Positions 60,069 through 64,000 of a DNA stretch of 64,000 nucleotides are shown here, one piece after another; position 1 is the stretch's first letter, and the number at the start of each line of letters is the position of its first letter. Under the pieces are notes generated by a model. It saw only the letters and a program-made list of their open reading frames with translations, was not told the origin of the DNA and did not search any database. This DNA comes from Nageia nagi (Eukaryota; Plantae; Pinophyta): contig JBITNC010000001.1 of NCBI GenBank assembly GCA_050084985.1, positions 5,084,001-5,148,000 of the forward strand, given 5' to 3'. The translations under genes were made by a program, and so were the position numbers.

Positions 60069-63000
60069 TGATCCAAAATTTGGATCCCTTCAACATTCAG
60101 TAATCTCCATTTTAGTGTTTTCATTTTGATTGCCTTATTTTCAGCTTTTCAATGCTTCTTTTAGATCATGAATCCAAGTCCATATGTGAAAGATATGATA
60201 TTAATACCGTTTGTGTATTTTGAGAGAATAATAATAATAATAATAAATTCAAATGTTTTGGTGGGACCCACCGGACCACGTAGGAGGAGGACCACGTGAT
60301 AAGGCCTACCACCAAAATGACTACGTGGAGTTTGACTACCCACGCCCCTGTTTGACCACCAGACGAGACCACCCACATGAAGACTGCTAGCCAAGCTGCC
60401 AGCCAAGCTGCCCATGCCAGCCAAGCCACTAGTCAACAGGAGGTTGACTTCCTCTAAGCCTGCCATGTGTCATCACCATCATGTGCCCACCCAATTTTAG
60501 TATTTTTTTATGTATTTTTAGTGTTTTCAAAGGTTTTGGTGATTTTCTCTCGCCTAAGGTCCTATTATTAGGTTGATTTAATTATGTAAGCCTGAAACAA
60601 TCCAGTGAGCGTATCATTTTGATTTTAGAGCTCATTTTGGGGAGATTTTTACAACCATTTGAGCCCAAATTTGACATGAAGATCAAGGAGGATAATGGGT
60701 ATCTAAAAATAGGTTTTGTATTAAATTTCTTAGTTGTAAGACTCTCCAATTTTATCCCCCAAAAATTGTATAAAAAGGGGAGCAAATTGGAGGGTGAGAG
60801 GAGGAGGATTTCAGGAAAGTTGTTTTTAGTTCTTGTTGTGATTTTCAGAGCTATGAGTGTGTTGTGAATGTGAGAGGAGGTTTTGAAGGACCGTGGAGGC
60901 CTTGTAAAGTGATTCTACCCACTGATAGTAGAGAGCTTTTGAGCTGGATATAGCCCACACCAGGTGAACCAGGATGATTTTGCTTGTCTCTTTCTATGGT
61001 GAATGCTTTTCTCTTCTCTGTGTTTACAAATTTATTCCTGATTTTCCTTTACAAGCACTTAATTATTTTAAGTGTGAATTGATCCTAAGAGAAGGTTAAA
61101 TTGGAATTTTAATCTTATAGTTTATGGATCAAGTTTGGTATCAGAGCAGTTGAAATCATTGGGATAACCTATATTTTTTGAGATTATTATTGGTGTTTGG
61201 AAAGTGTTCTTGCATGTATACTAGGTCACAAAGCAAGAAAGGAGAAGGAGAATTTGTGGAGGAGGATCCAGAAATTGGTTCTAGAGTTTGGCTAAAGAAG
61301 TAAAGAGAGCTTGGAGCCATGGCCAATGAAGGAGGGTCTAATGTGGAAAAGCAAATTGTTGATCTCTCCACAATGTTCCAGAAGATGTCTCTACAATTCC
61401 AACACTTTCAAGAACAACAATACAAGAAAAACGAAGGTGAAACTAGTGAAGGTAATAAAATTGACAATGATGATACACATAGTGTTTTTTCAAAGTTCTC
61501 CTTTGAAATTGGAAGTTAAATTTGATTTGCCTACTTTTATTGGAGAAGTGAATGTTGAGAAGTTAGACCATTGGATTAAACAAATTGAGGTATATTGTAG
61601 AATTCAAAGAATTGTAAGAGATGAGGATAAAATCCAATTAGCAAATCTTAAAATGAGTGGTAATGCACTTGTTTGGTGGGAAAGTTATTTGCAAAGTAAG
61701 AATGAATCAATTCAAGCTTGTATTGCTTCTTGGACCCATTTTGTACAATTGCTTAGAGATCAATTTTATCCTTTAGGTTATCGATAAAAGGCAGTCATGG
61801 ACTGGCAAACTTTTCGTCAAGGCAAAGGGCAAAGTGTGCAAGAGTACACTACGAAATTTCGAAGAAGAGCTGCAATGCTAGGTATTCCTCTTGATTCCCA
61901 AGATACTATTCTTAAGTATATTGGTGGTTTGCACAATTATTTAAGGCATACAATATTGATGTTTGATCCAAATGATTTGGATAAAGTTTGTGTACAAGCC
62001 ACTCACTTAGAAGAAAGGGGAAAATTCGTTATGGATGGGAAAAAGAAAAATGCTTTCAATAACAATAGTAATAATGATTCTGAAAAGAACAAAGGAAAGG
62101 GGAAAAAGAAAACTACGTCTACTACATAAAAAGAGAAGTCTAAATATGTATGTACACATTGTCAAAAAGAAGGTCATTTAGAGGTTAAATGTTGGAAATT
62201 GCATCCTGAATTATGCCCTAAACCTAAAGGTCAAAAGAAGCAAACAAATACTATTACTAAGGAAATTGAAGATGGTTTAGATGTAGATGAGAAAATGGCA
62301 TGTATGGCTTTGCATAATACACCTAGTGAAGATGAGGAAAAGAAGAAAATTGAACTTTTTCACATCAAGGTGCAAGCTAAGAAGACTAGGATTGATACAT
62401 TGTTTGATTCTGGATCTCAAGCTAACTTAATTGTAGAAAAGTATGTCAAATCACTTGCACTCACTACTCAACCTCATACAAACCCATATCCATTGGGATG
62501 GGTTAATAAAAATTCTAAGTTAAAGGTAACACAACAATGCAAGTTGCAATTTAGGATTAACAGGGAGTACATTGATGAAGTTTTACTTGATGTTGTTCCT
62601 TTGGATATTTATGGGATTGTGCTTGGTAGTCCTTATCTATGGGAAAGAGATGTTTTATTTTATATAAAGGAAAACAAATATAGACTCATTAACGATGGAA
62701 TTGAATACATGGTTAGTGCTCATCAAAACAAGAAAAAGGATATTTCTTTGATTACTGCAGGATAAGCAAAGAGACTAATCAATACAGGATAAATGTTTGT
62801 ACTTGCAATGGTGAAATCTCAAGATGAAGTGGAAATCATAAAGGCACTTGAGGATTGTGAACCACAATACAAAGAAGAAGTAAAAGAGGTAATTTCTGAA
62901 TTTGAAGATTTATTTCAAGTACCTAAAGAACTTCCACCAAAAAGAGATATACAACATGAGATTCAATTACATCCTGATGTTGCACTTCCTAATATTGGCT

Positions 63001-64000
63001 TATATAGAAATTCTGCTTTGGAAACTAAAGAAATTAAGAAATAAGTCAAGGAATTGTTAGATCAAGGAGTCATTATACCTAGCACATCACCGTGTGGATC
63101 TCTTATTGTTATAATTCCAAAGAAAAATGGAACTTGGCATATGTGTGTTGATTACAGGGCACTAAATAAGATCACGGTTAAAAATTGATATCCTTTGCCA
63201 TGTATTGATGATTTAATGGATCAATTACAAAAAGCTAGGCTTTTCACAAAATTGGATCTAAGAAGTGGTTATCATCAAGTATGAGTTAAAGAAGAGGATG
63301 TGTGGAAAACTACTTTTAAAACTAGGAAAGGATTGTTTGAATGGTTGGTTTTACCATTTGGATTATGCAATGCTCCTGCTACTTTCATGCATGTAATGAA
63401 TGAGGTTTTAAGGCCTTTCATTAATGATTTTGCTATTGTGTATCTTGATGATATTCTCATTTACAGTGATAATTGGAAAGATCATGTGGTACATATTCGT
63501 AAAGTGTTTGAAGTTTTAAGGGAAGCAAAACTCTATTTGAAGATGTCTAAATGTGAGTTTGTCAGGAAGAGTTTAATCTATCTTGGCCACATTGTAGGTG
63601 AAGATCAATTGAGGATAGATCCTGCAAAAATTGAGGCTGTGTTGAAATGGCCTACTCCCACTAATGTGACAGAGACTAGGAGTTTTCTTAGGGCAATGCA
63701 GTATTTATGCAAGTTTATTGCTAACTTTTCTTACATGGCTTCTCCACTTCATGCAATTATAGGAAAGAGTCATGGATTTTAGTGGGGAGGGAAAGAACAA
63801 CATGCTTTTGAATTGCTTAAAAGAAAAATCAATAATGCTCCAGTACTTGCTTTGCCTAATCTTCAGAAAACTTTTGAAATTGAAATTGATTCAAGTGACT
63901 ATGCTATGGGTGCAGTTTTATTACAGGAAAAACATTCAGTTTGCTATCACTTGGAAATGTTTACCAGTGCGGTAAGAAACTATCCCACATATGACAAAGA
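60069..64000 (+). mobile_element. Decayed Ty3/Gypsy element, running off the window (5' LTR 60069-61131, PBS 61136-61147)
   Basis: LTR termini TGATCC...GGATCA; TGGTATCAGAGC; gag, CTHCQKEGHLEVKC, protease LFDSGSQANL, RT (CVDYRALNK, LPFGLCNAPATF, VYLDDILIYS), RNaseH start; multiple stops and frameshifts. Confidence 0.93.

Noticed and set aside
60227-60430. (AAT)n microsatellite and GCCAAGCT repeats
   Set aside because: Ordinary low-complexity sequence within the Gypsy LTR.
60069-64000. Autonomous helper of the tandem Gypsy
   Set aside because: Its LTR (1063 bp) and Gag are dissimilar, and the element is full of stops.

Overview
Eukaryotic plant genomic DNA, AT-rich and dominated by transposons. 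It most resembles a large-genome gymnosperm, probably a conifer, because it carries endonuclease-bearing Penelope-like (Dryad-type) remnants. There is one intact host gene: a 6-exon Yip1/YIPF1-like Golgi membrane protein (12406-22495, +, 278 aa) whose 6.3-kb first intron holds Penelope-like fragments. The rest is nested retroelements. (1) A non-coding LTR element at 2932-7073. (2) A Copia RT/RNaseH relic. (3) A 5'-truncated L1 LINE with an 18-bp TSD and an extra ORF after ORF2, split by a full-length decayed Copia (26611-34618). (4) A foldback element next to an isolated CNGC2-like exon fragment. (5) An old non-autonomous LTR element (42271-54939) hosting a young tandem dimer (LTR-ORF-LTR-ORF-LTR, one 5-bp TSD) of a CRM-like Gypsy. 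Its ORF fuses Gag-protease directly to the integrase C-terminus/chromodomain, with RT, RNaseH and the integrase core deleted. (6) An L1 RT relic followed by a Copia that is interrupted by a Gypsy running off the window. All family calls come from manual motif recognition; no database searches were run, and boundaries of decayed elements are approximate.
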